64,000 nt of DNA from the NCBI GenBank assembly GCA_964252035.1, contig CAXUOO010000302.1. The stretch is one strand, 5' to 3'. Position numbers and translations under genes: made by a program. The DNA is from Podarcis erhardii (lineage: Eukaryota). The notes beneath the pieces are model-generated. The model worked only from the letters and a program-made list of their open reading frames with translations. It was not told the origin of the DNA and searched no databases. Of this stretch, positions 62,101 to 64,000 are shown in pieces (positions within the stretch are counted from its first letter, which is position 1; each line of letters starts with the position of its first letter).

Positions 62101-64000
62101 CTACGAATTCGGCAAGACAGAAACGTTTCGTAAAACCGAGTTTCAAAATAAATCTCTTGTGTATTAAAAAAATTAGCAATTTCTCCAGCAAGGCGCGTAT
62201 CTTCTACTTGATTGGAATCTCATGTAGACACAGCAACACCATTACTTTCGTTGCATGGTGCTCGGTTTATTGTATGCGTTTAGAGCGTGAGCCGTGCAGT
62301 ACATTCTGTACCATTGCATTACCTATAGAAGGCTGCTCCAAAACCGTAGCACAGCCTTGCACTTAGAAGTTCATGATTCGTCAGAGGCTCTGTAATGTCG
62401 TGATTGATGTGCGTGCAAAAAAGCAAAATACTACTATAACACAAGGAAAGAGTGAAGAAGAGACATTGGCCTGACGTCTTGCGCACTGCCAAGCGCGAAT
62501 TCAAAGAACTTATTTTGTAAGTTTTGTATTATAGTGTCTTTTAAATAGCAAGCAATGAACAATTTATCTGACGGTTCGCCTGAAAACTCCGCACGCTCTG
62601 AAATCTAAACGGCTGTCGATAGACGACTCGCACATGGGAGTCTTGCATTCTCTTCTGTACAATGCGCAGTCCCCTCACAAAGCGCCACACACAAGTAGTG
62701 TAGTCACGCGTGTGTCCGTCTTACACAGTGCAACATCACATGTACATACATCTCGAGTACCTAAAAAATGCGTATGCTGGTCACTTACACGTATCTCTTT
62801 CAGAAACTGAAATCCTCGCTTTATTAGAGTTATACATTATGAGGAGAATGACTGGTAGTTGATTACATGTCTTGCAGACATTTAACGTAAATTTACTGTG
62901 CTAGATGCAGGGCAAAGTGTTTGTCGCATTCAGTGCATGGTTTGAGTACTAGATTTTTTATACAAGCAGACAAAGCATTTGAAGAGAGGAAAAAGATCTC
63001 TCTACTTGCCCCAGTACTTCTATTGCAGGCTGCATGGTAGAGACTGTGACTTCAGGTCGTGAAGCCATTCTAGGAGCTCGCGTTGCCAGTTAGTTCATCT
63101 GCGTTAATAAAAAAGGTATCGCTGTAGCAGTGCGTTTATTAGTCGAGCGACTGGGTAGTTTCGAAAGTAAAAAAAGCAGTAGAGTAATAAAAAATCATTT
63201 TCGTCAACTTTATCAGATCAAATTAAGCAATCAGAACCTGAGTCGTGCAGCACGGTCTTGGGGATCGCGGTATTTGTGAAGTGTTGCACACGGCAGGCAT
63301 GGAAAAACCACGCGATGAAGGCTGCGCCGCTGACTGATCACCGAAGGCAGTATCCTATATTCACTTTGTGTTTTTGATTGTAGTGTGTGTTTTTGTGCAA
63401 ACGCCACATTAGACAGAACAAATGTGCTGAGCCTTGGGCCTGTTGCAAATAGTGCAGACTGCGCTCTTGATTATATAGTTCTCGAAAGTGAAACATGGGG
63501 CACATTCTTGTATTCTGCAGCATTGATGAAACGGTTCAAAGCAGCATGTTGAAAAACAATATATCACACTGAAAATTCTGTGTTAGACGGAGGCTAGAAC
63601 CTTGCTAGCAAGGCTTGAATCGACTAGTTCATTGTGTTCACATAGCATCAGCATTATCTATATTGCACGCTGCTCTGTCGAGTGTGTTCTTTAGCGTGAG
63701 CCGTGTAGCACATTTTCGAACACTGCAGTACATAGGAGCGGTTAGACATCATCGACGACGAGGGCGAGCATTGCGAAGGACATTAAATGCGCTATGTGAG
63801 CGTCAACGTTTCTGTGTAAAGTCATGGTTTGTTTACATGATTGCCTTCACAAGTGACCGTACCATCTGAAAATATAGTAGTGTATCAATTCAAGAAGCTC
63901 TATTGCTAATTCAAGCTGTGTGGCTGAGAATGTGATTGTAGAAGGTAAGCGGTGAAGCACACTTTCGGACAAGTCGCTATATGTTTTTAAAGGATGTACA
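56155..64000 (+). repeat. 6184-6185 bp period duplication (A-C-B + A-C' super-unit)
   Basis: cgtagcacagccttgcac.tagaagttcatgattcgtcagaggctctgtaatgtcgtgat at 56161 and 62345. Near identity continues to the window end (ORFs at 57153 and 63338 are identical). Confidence 0.93.

Larger units (their letters stand above)
21280..64000 (+). repeat. Large hierarchical tandem (macro)satellite array, >42 kb, running off the right edge; units A (~1.4-1.5 kb), C (~0.83-0.9 kb), C' (~0.6 kb), B (~1.7 kb)
   Basis: Anchor gagccgtgcagtacatt (or variant) at 22271, 23697, 27797, 31858, 35787, 37842, 41912, 45983, 50028, 54059, 56105, 60206, 62289; spacings 1426, 4100, 4061, 3929, 2055, 4070, 4071, 4045, 4031, 2046, 4101, 2083. 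Anchor gactagtt at 25016, 29090, 33074, 39184, 43254, 47325, 51296, 57437, 63622; spacings 4074, 3984, 6110, 4070, 4071, 3971, 6141, 6185. Every subunit starts near a catggtttgactacttgatt-like motif. Confidence 0.97.

Noticed and set aside
21280-64000. The many 60-140 aa ORFs in the array as real genes
   Set aside because: They recur only because the DNA is repeated, occur on both strands in overlapping frames, and are broken by stops or frameshifts in sister copies. No domain recognised.
21280-64000. CRISPR-like array (recurrent motif with spacers)
   Set aside because: The intervening sequences are ~200 bp and homologous between units rather than unique, the repeats are degenerate, there are no cas genes, and the context is eukaryotic.
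21280-64000. rDNA, 5S or snRNA tandem gene cluster
   Set aside because: No rRNA, 5S, tRNA or U-snRNA sequence recognised in the units. An Infernal/Rfam scan would settle it.
1-64000. Telomeric TTTAGGG arrays or intact transposon ORFs
   Set aside because: None seen on either strand, so a subtelomeric location cannot be shown from this window.

Overview
Eukaryotic, gene-poor nuclear DNA (roughly 40% GC by eye, no obvious CpG depletion, long (TA)n tracts). I cannot support any intact protein-coding gene. The window has two parts. (1) 1-21.3 kb is a decayed non-coding region. It holds an old ~2.2 kb mitochondrial insertion (NUMT) with a near full-length, frameshifted cox1 followed by LSU rRNA fragments, two diverged copies of a ~1.05 kb dispersed repeat, microsatellites, small tandem duplications and two strong hairpins. 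The cox1 residues (YSGDSVIYQ..HPEVY..RSVFGG, LPMHLLAFNVMP) resemble Toxoplasma-type coccidian cox1 as I recall it, so the host genome is inferred to be a Toxoplasmatinae-like coccidian. (2) ~21.3 kb to the right edge (>42 kb) is one hierarchical tandem array. A ~220-250 bp ancestral subrepeat builds a ~1.4-1.5 kb monomer (A), which diverged into A, B and long or short C variants. These form ~4.07 kb (A-C-B) and ~2.05 kb (A-C') units that combine into a ~6.1-6.2 kb period. The left edge is old and divergent, the 37.8-48.2 kb core is nearly identical, and long conversion-like tracts link distant copies. The subrepeat core keeps traces of a Cys-containing reading frame and an AG-30 nt-GTRAG pattern, which suggests (inference only) a satellite derived from a repeat-protein or microexon gene. 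Identity values are by-eye estimates, not computed.
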